From the NCBI GenBank assembly GCA_002633005.1, contig NMRA01000334.1, positions 229,280 to 274,860 on the forward strand: a stretch of DNA of 45,581 nt, written 5' to 3'. Positions 13,187 to 26,291 of the stretch are shown one piece after another; positions within the stretch are counted from its first letter, which is position 1, and every line of letters starts with the position of its first letter. Made by a program: the position numbers and the translations under genes. The notes under the pieces are model-generated. The model made no database searches and had not been told where the DNA came from. It worked only from the letters and a program-made list of their open reading frames with translations. The DNA comes from Phoronis australis (Eukaryota; Animalia; Phoronida).

Positions 13187-14857
13187 AGGAGAATGCCAGC
13201 CGATTTAATTAGTCTTTTTTGCCGTCTTAATCGGTCTATATCCACATCGCCTTGCATGCGGTCGACCTTGCTTTGCCGAGAGGTGTCGAGTTAACCTGTG
13301 AAGAAGGTGAGAAACGACGCAGCTACGTCAGTGGTTCATTTGCGGAGTTCAATGCCGCTATTTTGCGGTGCATCGTTCCCGCTTGTCCGAACTATGCAAC
13401 TGCGAGGAAAGCAAGTATATCGTTTTTTCGACTTCCTCGAGAGTCCGAAATGCTTATGAAGTGGCTCGCGGTAGTGAAGAATTAAAAGTACGCTGTAAAT
13501 AGCAAGTATGAGGCCGTGAAACATCTCCGTGTCTGTGGCCTGCAGTCGTCGCGAAACAGTGCCTGACGAATGCCGGCTTACCAAATAACTATCCATACGT
13601 TCCGTTGTCTGAGCTTGTTCACGGTGCCTCTATAGTATTACTTCATCACTGTATTCCTGTTCGAATTGATAGCCTGTAAAACTTAACGATCCACCTGCGA
13701 AGTCTTCGTTGGGATGTCTAAGGGCGGGATTGCGAGTTGCCGTGTTGACGTTTATTACTGAGCGTTCTGTTTCAAAATGAATTATTCTCATCCTTATACC
13801 AATACTTATATGAAACTGAAACAAATTCTGTCTCATTAGATACAATTTGGAATGCCTTTGGAGTGTTCGTGAGTGCAAATGATTTGAGAAGCCAGCAATG
13901 AATAAATCACTGCGTTAACGGCTTTATGTGTATTAAAACTAATTGACGGGACACCGAGGTCGTGCCGAGCTCATGCTAATTCAGTGTTTGCTGACAGAAA
14001 CTGTTGTGAAACAACTCGATTTCTATCCCACGGCCAGGTGTTAGGAGAATCTTTATTTACAATATTTTACATTATTCAAATAATCATTGTCAATGTACCC
14101 GTGACGGTTCTGAAACCAAATCGAAACCTGACTTCGCGACCCCCGACGAGTAAGTAGATTTGCAGTTCCGTGGCCAATTCACCAACTAATCACGTGCACT
14201 TTACTTCTTTGTCTCACTAGTATTTCTTGACTGGAAGTTTAGTTTCCAACTTTGGATGATTTATGTCCGTGATGTCTGACGGATCGGCTTCCGAGCCACT
14301 GGCCGGGATAACGAGTCAGTCCCGCCGGCCGCGACGGGCCTGATCGGACTCCGAGTCACTGGCCAGGATAACAATCGTTTTGTGTGTTTAGAACTCAAAA
14401 AATAACAAGTCTAAACAACACAGATCTAGGTTCTCCTGTCTGTATCTCAAGGAAAATACTTAGAATTTATCCCCGAACAGACCCCTAACACCTGCTACGG
14501 ACCTTATTAGCCTGCCGAACTTTGTAGGCTACGGTGTGTCCAAACACCAATAAATCCGTAACAGCGAAATAAAACAACACGCTTTTATAAGAACTCGGTG
14601 TATTTTTAAGGGTTTTACATCGAAGTTTCACGATTTATTGGTGTTAAACGATTAATTCAAGCAATAAGCTGACACCAGTAACCCGTGTTGTGAACTGCTG
14701 AACAGACTGCGTGTGAAACCAATTACGTCATTGGATAATTTCAACCCCTCCGTCTGCCGTCAGGTGTCAGGCAACGCAACCGTACGTGCCCTTATGGAGT
14801 AGAACTACTCGATCTAAATTGATACAAATTAGGTTGTTTTTTGGGTGGCATGCTTGT
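13187..14857 (+). mobile_element. Non-autonomous Kolobok element, copy 1
   Basis: TTAA flanks at 13183-13186 and 14858-14861. TIRs AGGAGAATGCCAGCC / GGGTGGCATGCTTGT (degenerate). THAP remnant CIVPAC...FFRLP...KW on +; GYQFEQEYSDE remnant on -. Collinear with copies 2 and 3. Confidence 0.85.
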
Positions 14858-16015
14858 TTAATGCTGTTAAACACCAGAGGTTGATCTTCTGATAGAAGTT
14901 CACGGAACTGGTGGCAAACAATACCCACTTGCCAGTATCTGGGTTGTACTGGAACTCAGAGACATGTTGGACTGTAGCTTTGGATACCACGTGCTTGTTA
15001 TCTCGAGTTTCAGATTCTTCGGCGAGTTAATCTACATCTATGAAATAGTAATTTGTTTTGTCATGTTGTTTTCTGATGATGAATTTCCTTGAGCACTATC
15101 GTGCGTGTGGTTGATGCGTCACTGAGTTTCATGAGCAAATATCTTTTTGCTTATTCAATGCCGCAGTTTCATTGTGCCTTCGTGGCACGTTTCCAACTAC
15201 ACGGTGGCTAATTACGCAATTTCTCACTGATTTTATTAACAGCTTACTCGTTGTCCGTTTTGCTTTTGATGCGTTTTAAGCCTATAAGACAGATGTCAAC
15301 TGTCTGTCCTAACGCACAAACGCATTACAAAGTGCACTCCTACACACGTGCGCTTGCTAGTTGCTACACCGACCACGAGATTGCTACATGTGCGCGCCTG
15401 TTGAAATTGGATAATTTTTTTACCTGAAAAATTAATTAAGAACTTGATGGTTTAGCTTTTTAACTTGTAAGTTATATTTTTCTGTTTTAAATGTTGCGTT
15501 ATGGTGCAGGGCTCCTAAAGGCGCGCGGCCTCCTTAAGGCAAGGGGGCCCTGGCCCAATGATTAATATGGCCCTGATCTCGTGAAGTCTTGCGTTTGTCT
15601 TTCATTTACCCGAGGTTCTGGCCTCTACGGAGCACACTCACCTGTTTACGTCCTATACTAAACCGCCAGTGATTTGGTTTCGGCCAACTTACCCACGATA
15701 TCGGTCAACATAGGATAAAAATCCAAAAGTTTTATTATTTTTAACTTGTAACCGTGATTACGTAACTGTAATAAAATTTTTATCAACACACAACATTTCT
15801 TTCAGTCTCTGCGACACATGTATAGGGGGCGCTGTTTCGAGATTGTCGGCTGCAGAAGCCAGCAAATTATTTAGTTGCACCCTGTAACCGGAGTAATATA
15901 AGAGATGCATAAATTGCATTGATGTGAATTGATTACGTGTAGCTGAACTGGCTAAGGAATGTACTTGTCACTGGCTTGCCAAGTCCTTGTTTGGAGTTTA
16001 GTCACGTGTGGTAAG

Positions 16016-16171
16016 GAGTGCTGTAGTGGTAAATTAAGAGACAAGTAGGCGCCCAAAGCCCACCGTACCACTTTGAGCACTGAATGTAACTTACGATGCG
16101 TAGGCGCTACGTTCAAATGCCAAAAGGTGGGTGGCTGCGCCTACATGCGCCTACGCCCCACTACAGCACTG
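16016..16171. mobile_element. hAT-type MITE, copy 1
   Basis: TIRs (C>G)AGTGCTGTAGTGG / CCACTACAGCACTG. 8-bp TSD GTGGTAAG at 16008-16015 and 16172-16179. Confidence 0.9.
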
Positions 16172-16517
16172 GTGGTAAGTTGAGAGCGAGACTGTACGTG
16201 CACATCCCGAACTCAAATCTAGTTTCACAATTATTTCTGGATATGTATGTTACAGCGATTGACCATAATTTTACAAACGAAATTGCGCTTAAGTTGTTAA
16301 TTTCAAAAATGCAGCTTAGCAAGTTCAAACTGATACAAAAACAAACGAATTTAAGTGTGTTTTGTACCTCACTAGTGAGTTGCATTTTTATTACCTAGTT
16401 TCTGCACTTGGCGTGATATAGAATCTTATCGGTTTTCAGTGAGGTTTATGGATATGAGAAATGGTCTCCAATAATTTGCATTTTCAGATCGGCGGATTTC
16501 ATTATTGTAGTCATTTC

Positions 16518-16572
16518 TTATATATATACACATACATACATACACACATACATACATACATGCATACATACA
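16518..16572. repeat. (TACA)n/(TA)n microsatellite
   Basis: tatatatacacatacatacatacacacatacatacatacatgcatacataca. Confidence 0.9.
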
Positions 16573-17005
16573 TTTTAAACACGACCGTGCAATATTTTTC
16601 AAGGGGTTTGTTTTTAGTATCTGATCAGCAGAACAAATCAATTATTCCTGTATATTTGGCCAGAGACAAAACAGGCGCAATAGAGTGCATTACTTAACGG
16701 TTTTGAAAAATCTGTCTCTCCGTTATTCAACGTCTAACACTTTGATTAACTCAGCAATGGCTGACGAAACGTTGCCGATTTCTATCAAGAAAGTCCAGGA
16801 CGCTGTTTGGATTGTTAATCAGCTGATTTCCGTAGTTGTCAGAATGAAGATTTTTTACTCAAAGTCGTCGGTCGGTCTGCATGTCACTTTCCCGCCATAG
16901 GTACTGCAACCACCAGCACGAGCACCAGTGCGTACGCCAGCTACACCACCACCACCACTACATCATCACCACGTCACCACTAAATCTTTCCCACATTTGT
17001 TCCAG

Positions 17006-17278
17006 ATTTGCCTGGTTGCTTTGTCGATAAACGTGAAGATAGAGACTTACCCATTCTATCACATAGAGGTGATGACAATTCTCAAACAACCTGTCAGCAG
17101 AGATGCGAGTTGAACGGCTACTGGTACGCTTCAGTGCAGTGGAGCAAAGACTGCTGGTGTGGCAATGATTACGGGAAGCATGGTCAGGTGCTTGATAAGG
17201 AATGCAACATGACATGCAGTGCAAACAGTTCTCAACGGTGTGGAGGGCCCAAGAGAAACTGGATTATGCAAACCAAAG
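17006..17278 (+). CDS. WSC-domain exon, paralog 2 (internal exon, phase 1-1)
   Basis: Acceptor tttgttccAG at 17004-17005, donor GTAAAA at 17279. Same 273-bp length, phases and 8-Cys pattern as 5990-6262. Confidence 0.9.
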
Positions 17279-17355
17279 GTAAAATGCACTTGGAGAGGTA
17301 ACACTGTTTCTACTTCTGCGTTGTTACTGCAGAAATCAATGGGCACCTTGCTGCT

Positions 17356-17510
17356 CAGTGTTGTAGTGGTAAAATTAGAGGTAAGTAGGCGCCCAAATCA
17401 CACCGTATCATCTTGAGCACTGAACGTAACTTACGGTCCGTAGGCGTTACGTTCAAATGCCAAAAGGTGGTTGGCTGCGCCTACGTGCGCCTACGTCCCA
17501 CTACAGCACC
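17356..17510. mobile_element. hAT-type MITE, copy 2
   Basis: Same sequence as 16016-16171. TSD TTGCTGCT / ATGCTGCT (one mismatch). Right TIR slightly eroded. Confidence 0.85.
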
Positions 17511-18329
17511 ATGCTGCTGCAATCTGCTGTTGCGGACGGTGTTGTCGCTAACATCTGCTGTTGTCACTGCACTTGCCCTAGTCGAGAATTGTCGCTTCTG
17601 GTTATTTTGTTTCAGATACCAGCAGCCTGTTTCTTGATTAGTCTGTTTCCAAAAATTGAATATTCTCTGCTTTTCCTTTTCGTCTGCTCCCGACCAAGGT
17701 ACGGATCACTGTTTTTGGCGTCGAAAGACGCGAGACATGCACGTATACTAAAACTTAATTTGATATCAAAAAGGGAACATTTCCGACCATTTTCAAGTAA
17801 CAGAATAATACTACAGAAGTTAAATTTTAAACTTGTCACAAAGGGAACATAACACCACACCAGTGAAAATGTATAGTCTAGCCTGAAAATGACCCCCTTT
17901 GCACCCCTGATATCAAGGATATGAGGTATGGATAATTATGTTACCAAGGTGAACAAATGCCGCACTTATGTTTATTTTCGCCATTACTGATTCGACGCCA
18001 CCCTGTAACATCTCGCAGTTTATTTCATATATTTAAACACATTCAGCGCCACGAATTTTAATACTCCAAAAGTGTTTCACTCGTTTCTGCTGCGTACGTA
18101 TTATCATTGATTCATCATTTACGGGTTGAACCAACTGCATATGCAGATAAGTCAACAGTAAAGTTGGCCTAAAACATGCGTGCATAAATCCCATTTCAAC
18201 AAACCAAACCACAACAAACGTTTTAAATATCCTTAAGAGGAACCATTGATAAAAGAGTGTAGATACAATATACATGTACTTAAGCATTTATTGTGCTGCA
18301 TTGTTTCTGTTGCTTAAGCTCCACCATTC

Positions 18330-19370
18330 GATGTCGCTTTCGTCAGTCAATCACTGGCTAATTTCGTCTTCTTCGTCCACTTCACAAATATGGACCAGCA
18401 AGAGATTTTGTTAAGAGAAGACCACGCCACCACACAGCCGCTTGAGTGTTTGTTCACCTGGTGAGCACGTTTGTATAGTGTCTTGGAACATTTGCTGGTG
18501 GTTGGCGAAGTTGACCATTTACATGGCAGGCAACCAACTCGACTTCAGTGCAAAACCCGGGATTCATTTTCAGCTTTTCAGGGGTCCTGTCGATTTAATT
18601 CACTGGTGCAATCAAGTATCTGGACTATCTTGCATCCTTGCTTGTTTTTTAAACACAGTCAGGACAAATCATACTTGGACTAGTAAGAACTCACAAAGTA
18701 GGCCTACTGCCAGTCTGGCTGTACCAGCTGGCTTTTTATCCAAAGTGCCGTCCACACAAGACTTACCCTAGAACAAGTTATTCCCTTAACGAGTTATCGC
18801 TATAGGTTTGAGGGCAGTGTGGACGCTGTATAAACTAGTGCAATGGGACCCCCTTGTGACAACATGTTCCACCTTATCGAGGAGAGGTAACTTGCGTTAG
18901 GGTAACTTGCACCACTTCTAATAGTGGTTGCAAACATTGGGCACGGCGGAAGTAAATATCAGCTGCTGTTCCATTGCGGACAGTTTTCCTTACATTTGTA
19001 TGTGTGCCGTAGCGGCATCACTTGTTCATTGTCATGCAGAGAGCGACAATTTCTGCCTTGCGCTATTTATCGGATTTTGTGGACCGTGCAAATTGTTCTA
19101 GGGTAAGTGCGTGGACGGGACTCACGAAAAACTAAGCCTTTGGTCTGAACGAATTTGGGGAACAAGTTACACCAGGAGACCTTACTATAGATATTCATGT
19201 TGATAGTTTAGTACCATTGGGTATCCGAGCACATGACCCCCATTCGAATACAAACTGATCCACAGGACTACACTAGCCACAAGTTTATACGGACCGAGGC
19301 TGAAAGATGCATAGCTCTCTCTATCGAAGTCACAGCCGGAATGGATGATTAGGGATTCACACAGTTCACG
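18330..19370 (-). pseudogene. Highly decayed C-terminal (XPG-like) fragment of a second Academ transposase, split by a MITE
   Basis: - strand ELCESLIIHSGCD (~19323-19361, resembling the HAxTGCD motif), and further 3' QPP...QAAVWWRGL (~18418-18490, resembling LPP..H..RANYQAAIW). Confidence 0.45.
18744..19122. mobile_element. MITE with ~33-bp imperfect TIRs, PIF/Harbinger-like
   Basis: AGTGCCGTCCACAC..ACTTACCCTAGAACAA versus TTGTTCTAGGGTAAGTGCGTGGACGGGACT. Internal GGTAACTTGC repeats. TSD not clean, so the superfamily call is tentative. Confidence 0.7.
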
Positions 19371-21669
19371 GTCTCATCTTCGCATATGGATAGACATTAC
19401 AGGCCACGTCCACACTGTACGCTACAGTCGCTCAGGTCCAGACGTATATCGTTACACTGTTTTCAAATCAATAACCATTTGCATGTGGCGCAAAGTTTGC
19501 CCAAATAACCTGTCGTTTATTCAGGTTACCAAACGCGTAACGCATGACAGCTTCTAAAGTCCTGTCTGCACGTAGCCGGACTAGTAGGCCTGCGATCGCG
19601 CCGCGTAAACAGGGCTTCATTATAGGATAATGCCGCATAAAGGATGAGAACACGGGAATGCAAATCCATGGTTTTATTAAGATTTAAATATGCGTTTGCT
19701 AGCTTTGTTCCTACTGTGACATTTCTTACGTGGCATGTTTGGTATGGAAAAATAAAAACATATTTACAACATCAGGCATATCTCGTCTAAATGTATTTGA
19801 TACGAACGGCAAATTGATCCAAATCCCAAAAGCGAGTACGTTGAATCTTTAAGAGGACTTACTGTAGATTTATTTTGTTTAGGAAGAATAGAGTGAGAAA
19901 TTCATTAATAATCCACGCATGACATATGAAAATATAATGAAATATAATGTCCTTTGTGACTGGTTGTTTGCGTTGTCACTTTCATTCTCCGATGAATCCT
20001 TTAGGGTAATCTATTTTGACCGGGGTACGCCACGAGCTATGTTGAGTAGCTTGGTACCAGGCATTACCACAAAGAGAATTTATAGAGAATCCTACACGAG
20101 TCTCAGGATTGTGACATGGCAAAACCTCTTGGAACTTTGGTTAAAATCCCGAGGCTTCCCGGGAATTGCAGAGGGATTTTGATGAAATTTCCAAGAGCTT
20201 TTTCCATATGAATCTGAGACGAGTGTAGGATTTGTTTTCTCACATGATCCGTAAAAACAATCTATCTTTTTTGCTGAAAAACTCGAAGTGTCAAAAACTT
20301 TCAATAACACGAAGCAAGTTTTTTAAAAACACGCTTGCTTAACGTAAAGTAATTGAGTTACTTGTAAATTGCATTCAGCTTTCGTAGCAAATATTCAAGT
20401 TAGAGTCTAATAAATAGTCTTTAAAGTTGTAATATTAAAATTTATAAAATATTTATTAATAACAGTCAGCAAGACCTCCCCGCGCGTGAGCCGGCACTGA
20501 ATTGACCTTGATACAGCACAGCTAGACATTCTCGCCGAGTTTCTTGAGCTGGGTTTTGTCTCCGTTTGAATGAACGTGGATATGGAATTCGCCGCCGAAT
20601 ATGGGCCCGTTCAAGAAGTTATTTGCATGTCCTTCCGACTGGGAGTACATACAGTTGCGACACTCGATTTGTCAGTCATAACCTTGTCATCTTCTCAGAA
20701 TTCCAGTATTGTTTGGTTGGCGCACGTTTGGTCGTTTTAGTGTATTGCAAACGATAAAATGTAAGACGTATGGATTTCTACTTTGCACTACTTTGTGATT
20801 TGCTCTTGTAATATAAACAATTACGTACTCGATGTTATGAACCAGTCGTGTCGTAACAAATTCCAGGTCATGTGATTTCGTAGTCAGCACTCTTTGGAGA
20901 CCAACACCAAGCAATCTCTTGTCAACCGCAGAAAATCCGTGGCTTATGATTGAAAAGTATTTCAGCACGCAATACATCTATCTGTCCAAATTATACCGCG
21001 TATAATGAACAATATTGCTGAACTTTAAATATAATGAAAATACTGCTCGACAATTTCTTACCCAAAAATACATGTAGCAATATTGACCGTTTCTATGGTA
21101 ACGCCGTTTCAAATTTTGTTTCACATTTTTTGTTCAATTTACAATCACACGTACCTCATTGAAATTCGAACGCCGTCTCTTTTACATGTATTTCGCAAAC
21201 CTCGACTTTACCACATCGCCACCAAGACGTCGCAATTAATAAGTTTTGTCGCTCGTATTCTGGCATTGCGTTCGTTGAAAATTTTCCGTAAAATGCAAAA
21301 AAACCACTCGTAAACCTTTACCAGGGCACCGTAGTTCTCTTCATTACGGTATTGAACAAAGGTTAAAAATGTTCAATGCCTTTCAATACACTTCATTTTT
21401 CGCAGATTTTGGCGAGTGCATGTTTAGCATGTTGACACGCTGCTAGCAATCGTATTCATATAACCAAATGTCGATTGCTTTACATTAAATACGAGAATTA
21501 TATTTGCGAAATTTGTTTTTCAGAAAATATAACTACATGTTCCTTTGTCCATTTAAAAATCTGTTCACTATGTTTTGGCAGAACGAGCAATAAAATCGAA
21601 AGCCCAAACATTACCTCTTTCCTTGAATTACTTCGCGGATGTTCCGTTATCGCATAAAATAAAGTTATA

Positions 21670-21807
21670 ACTGACTTTCACACTTGGTCACTACGTTGGT
21701 TTTTAGGCCCAAAAATGTCATAAAGACTTCAGTCTACGCCTCGGCTATTATCCATTTCGCGATTTGCGGGTTTGAAAACCAACTTATTGACTTTGGTGAA
21801 AGTCAGT
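21670..21807. repeat. Imperfect ~40-bp-arm palindrome, possibly a Crypton-type non-autonomous end
   Basis: ACTGACTTTCAC...GTTGGTTTT pairs with AAAACCAAC...GTGAAAGTCAGT. The centre contains CGCCTCGGCTATTATC. Confidence 0.55.
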
Positions 21808-22769
21808 AATTGCATCATAATGGAGTTTAAATGACAGGTAACTACTATTTATGTAAAAATAGTATAATAAACTATGGTCTGCGTCCTCCTCATTTGGAAA
21901 CCTGCGCTTTGCTAGACCACCAAGCAGGTGTTACAACTGCTGGAGCTGTCGATATCTTCAGATTGTGACTGTTTGTAAAGGGAGCACACATTACCGCAAG
22001 ACAATCGTGACGCGACTTGGCGGTGTGTGGGAGTCATCCTAGTCTTTAGGAATGGAAGGATCTGCCCGCCTCATCAAAACAACCAACGACCTTATGTAGT
22101 AAGCTTCGAGTTTGACGAGAATTGTTCTGCAGGCATCTTAACGGTGACGACGATAAAAAAGATAACTGTAACAAGACAATAGTATAGAGGTTGACGAGTA
22201 AGCTGTAGATCACGGCTCGCAAACGATGTTAACAAAAAGCAAAAAATACCCGCTGTAGTAATATCCACAGGACTGGAGTTACATGTACTAGAAAACAGTC
22301 TTGGCTGGAGAAAACTGGGATGACAATTCTCATTATAACGAAAGTGCGCAGCTTATTTCATTGGTTTGGTTTTAGAATGCCAGGCTCGTTTGCTCAGGTC
22401 ATGTCGGAAACCGACCTAACATCATGGATTCGCGAATGTTGTCAGATTTTTCCAACTTTCTTCCGTCGGAGTTAAAGCCATTAGCACAACATTAATACGT
22501 GTACCTCCTTGGCATTGGAAGGACAAATAGAGTAACACAGCCCAGAAAAATTAAAAAGGTTACCATAACAATGAATAACATGGAGAACTCCAGTGGCGTG
22601 AAATCGAGGCCATAAAAGTACTTGGCGGATACTTTGGTACTTTGGGTAAGTACAGCGAGATTTGAGTCTCGCATACTGTGTTTGTACCATTTCATGCACG
22701 TACCATGAACAAGGTTGCATACATAACTTAATACATGAATTGTTAATATTGGCGACAACTCAAACATTG

Positions 22770-23370
22770 ATAATAATAATAATAATAATAATAACAATAA
22801 CAATAATAATAATAACAATAGACTTTATTTATAGAGGATAAAATACAATAGATATAACAACATGCTGTAGCCAAAGGCTAATATACAGCATCATCCTCTT
22901 CAGCAAAAATAAATTAATTTAATAAATTAAGATAGATAAATTGATTCAATTAAGTTACATTAAATTAACATGAATATTTTACAAATTGAATTTACAAAAC
23001 TGAATTTAAAGTAAATAAACAAATAAAATAAATAAATTAAATTAAAACTGTAAATGTTTCATATGGTATACACGTTGAAGTGACGAAGGAAGGGACAGCT
23101 ACGATGACCACATCCACGTGTACATGTAACTGTTGAGTATGTGTCTGAAGTCACCATAATCAGCCTCTTTTAAACTATTTGGCACTGTTGATTGGCCTCA
23201 ATAAAAAGGACTTAGAGTAAAACGAAGCTGTGTGTCTAGGCATAATAAAATTGTTTGAGGAAGAAAATCTTATCCTGATTTGGTGGCTATTTCGAACACG
23301 TAATAGGCTACGAGGTAAACAGTTGGTATAATATTGCGAAAACACTAATGTATCATACACAAACACCTAT
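22770..23370 (-). mobile_element. 3' end of a CR1/L2-group LINE with (ATT)n tail
   Basis: - strand ORF remnant HQIRIRFSSSNNFIMPRHTASFYSKSF resembles the C-terminus of CR1/L2 ORF2. It is followed by a hairpin (ATGCTGTA..TAGCC TTT GGCTA CAGCAT), AATAAA and the (ATT)n run at 22770-22819. Confidence 0.6.
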
Positions 23371-23559
23371 ACATAAAACATTCTGAAAACAGTCCTCTGA
23401 CGATGACAACTGTGAAGCTGTACTTAATATTAAATGGAAATGTTTGCATCAGTGTATTTATGGTAAAGCAACGATGGGCTTATAATAACATGGAATACAA
23501 TCTCATGTTTCACTGTGAATTCCGGCAAATTAGTGTCGATTGAGTTGTGACTCTTCAAG

Positions 23560-25310
23560 TATGAATGTCATTATAGGGGAGTTTACTTATTACCAAACTA
23601 TTAAATTTTTGGCTGACTGCTTGGGCACACAACAATGTTGTGTTTCACGATGTTCAAGTAGGGTTTCGAAGAGATTATGGTTCCTGAGACAAATACGTGT
23701 ATTATGCCGTGTGCTAGAGATTCATTAGTAGGTCAGGAGGTCGTTTTTATGGTGCATTCACAGATTTTTCTAATGCCTTTGATGAAATCCCTCAGGCATT
23801 ATTATTTAATCTCTTATTAAAACGTAACATACTCGAACATGCGATTAAAATCCAAAAAGGAATGTACGGCAAATTATGTACTTCCATAAAATACCCCAAG
23901 AGCTTACCAAGTATTTCCATTGTAAAATAGGCACATTGAAAAAGCGTGTGATAAGTCCTTTCTTAATTTCCATATACTTAAACAATTTTTTGACTTATCT
24001 TAAAATCATTCATTACTGTATGCAGATAGGGTTGCGTGCAAGTACTCCAGTAAATCTCAGTTATTTTTAAATTGTCTAAATAATTTTAATAGGGCGTGGG
24101 GTGTGTTAGTAAACCTTTAAATTAAGAAATATTGTAATAGAGGTGTATTACGCCATTATGAAAGATGGTTCTTTGAGAAGGATCGGATGGACGTGGTTAG
24201 CCACTGTAAGTATTTGGGCCTTACGATTTCTCCCAGGTTGGCAAGGGCTTAAGCTACAAGAATCCTAGCTAGGCAACTCCCTTGTGAGGCTTCAGTGGCC
24301 ATGTAGAAATTTTCTAATGCGAATCTCTTTCGAATTATTTGGCACTGTGTTATGGATTCGAAATCTGGAGAGAAGGTGCATCTGCGCTTTTTGCGAAACG
24401 ACATTTGGGGTTGGAGCAGCAGGTTTAATTCTGGTTTACTCTGTAGATGTCGTCTTACAGATACACAAAGATGCACGTGTTAGGAAATGCTCTATTAACT
24501 GACCTATCGAAAGCTCCGCCCTCTTGCGTAATGCTGACTAACAAACAATAGGTTTTACTCGACAACGTGTTGTTTGTCGGGTAAAATGGCGGCTTGGAAC
24601 GAACGTGTGTCAAGAATGCTGCGTTCTCAATAGTCAGTTAAGCCGTCACTCAAAGTCCTAGCGATAGGTCATTTGAATAGTGGCAAGACATTCCAAGTTT
24701 AACCGGGTATTGTTAGTTTAAAACATCACCGAAGCATGGTTTTCACGAAGTATGGGTGTAGTTTGCGAAAAAAAGCTTTTGATACTGTTTGTTATTTACA
24801 GGGTTGGTATTCAGATGTTCAGAATAGCAAAAAATTAAACTATTTTACGAAGTTAGAGAGAATTTTACAGTAGAACCATATATAAAATTTAGTTTGTCAC
24901 CAGTTTTCCTCCAAAATACCCCGAGATTTCGTGTGAAAACCATAGCTTACTAGTTGGGAGTGGTAGGCATTTAAGATTTGACTATGATGATAAAATATGC
25001 CTTTTCTGCACGAGGAAATGAGTTGGAGACGAATTACATTTTGGTCTTGTTTTATGATGCATTCTTTGGTGTACGTAATTACGGTATTGTCTTTGGAGAC
25101 TTCCAACTTTAAGAAGTTTCATTCACCTGAAGGTAGACTTTAAACGTTACATAGTCAAATAAATTTTTACGCTTTGGAAAGAAGAAAGAATTTACGCAAA
25201 GAAATGTTTTATGCATATGTTTTGTGAGCTTGACTGAATTCTATTATTGTACATGTTCTGTGGGCCGCAGGCTTTTTATACATGTACATTCATGGAAATA
25301 AACGTATATT
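23560..25310 (+). pseudogene. Decayed non-LTR retrotransposon ORF2 (reverse transcriptase; CR1/L2/Crack group)
   Basis: QVGFRR..S.D, FYGAFTDFSNAFD, GMYGKL...YFHCKIG.....ISPFLISIYLN, KYLGLTIS, a C-terminal GR......ICLFC....GDELHF motif (~24955-25050), and AATAAA at ~25297. Confidence 0.8.
24500..24671. mobile_element. Short MITE nested in the LINE; second decayed copy at ~26490-26590
   Basis: 10-bp TIRs TGACCTATCG / CGATAGGTCA. Core GGTAAAATGGCGGCTTGGA...GTGTGTCA.GAATGCTGC recurs at 26491. Confidence 0.65.
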
Positions 25311-26184
25311 ACTCAAATGAAGAAAGTGGGAAGAGGTCATAACCCTAGTCATTAGTAGGTGTTATTCGCGACAATATTTTGCAAAAAATGAGAAGATAAA
25401 TTTTCCCATTAAAAGTCTGAGATCGACGGTACTCGACTCTCCATATACCCTTATGCACAAAACTACATACTCAGCGAGGAAATCGTTTTACCTTACGCAA
25501 GAAAGAAGCCAAGACCACATAACTGAAAAAGACAAGGTTGGATACATGTAGCTGTACATTTATATGGGAGTGGCTGTTTGGAGGGCATATGGGAATACAG
25601 GCGAAGAGGAATTTCACATCCCGCTCGTCACTGACTTCACCCCCTCCACCACAATTTTACTCTACGCAGTTGCCGGTACTGTAACCACGTCCGACACCGA
25701 TTTCATCACCTTTTCACATATCTTCCTCGTGTGTTTCCGTTTGGTACTCCTCTGTATTTCTTGTTTTGCTCGAATTGTCCTTAATTTTGCCCATATCTGG
25801 AAGGATTGCTCCTTCCCCCTAATACGCCAATCTAGGCAATGAAGAAGTTTTCCAGTGTATTCACATATCGCTAACAAGACTGTTGGACTGAACCTCAAAA
25901 ACGCCGCATTTGTCAAGACTCCATCTCTAAGAGCCACTACATGACTCGCTATCGCGGACGGTGTAAGCTCAGCTTGATATGCATTCAAGGCCAGTTTAAT
26001 GTTTATTCATTTGTTGTGTAAGTCGATATTGCAGTGAAACAATAATGAATCAGTGGTAACTTCTATATTAAAATAAAGTCTACAAGCTTTCTGTATACAC
26101 AGTCAACTTGTAGTAAATGTCTGAAATCTAGGATAAACGAAACTGGATCTAAGTCACTTTTTTGCTTTTCATGTATCTAAGTGA

Positions 26185-26291
26185 CGTATAAGCCCCCTGG
26201 AGGGCTGGGTGTTCCTGTTTTGTTACGTATTTATTGTTTAAATTCATTTGAACATATGTCACTATAATAAAAAATTACTTACTTACTTACT
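26185..26291 (+). repeat. LINE/SINE-type 3' tail
   Basis: AGCCC..GGGCT hairpin, then AATAAA, then (TTAC)4. Confidence 0.5.

Noticed and set aside
16901-17005. Thr/Ser-rich stretch in frame with WSC exon 2 after an AG (possible mucin-like extension)
   Set aside because: In-frame TAA at 16981, and absent from the paralogous intron (~5935-5989). Better explained as an intronic (CAC)n expansion.
22492-22818. ORF with poly-Leu 'signal peptide'
   Set aside because: The poly-Leu is the (ATT)n LINE tail read in frame.
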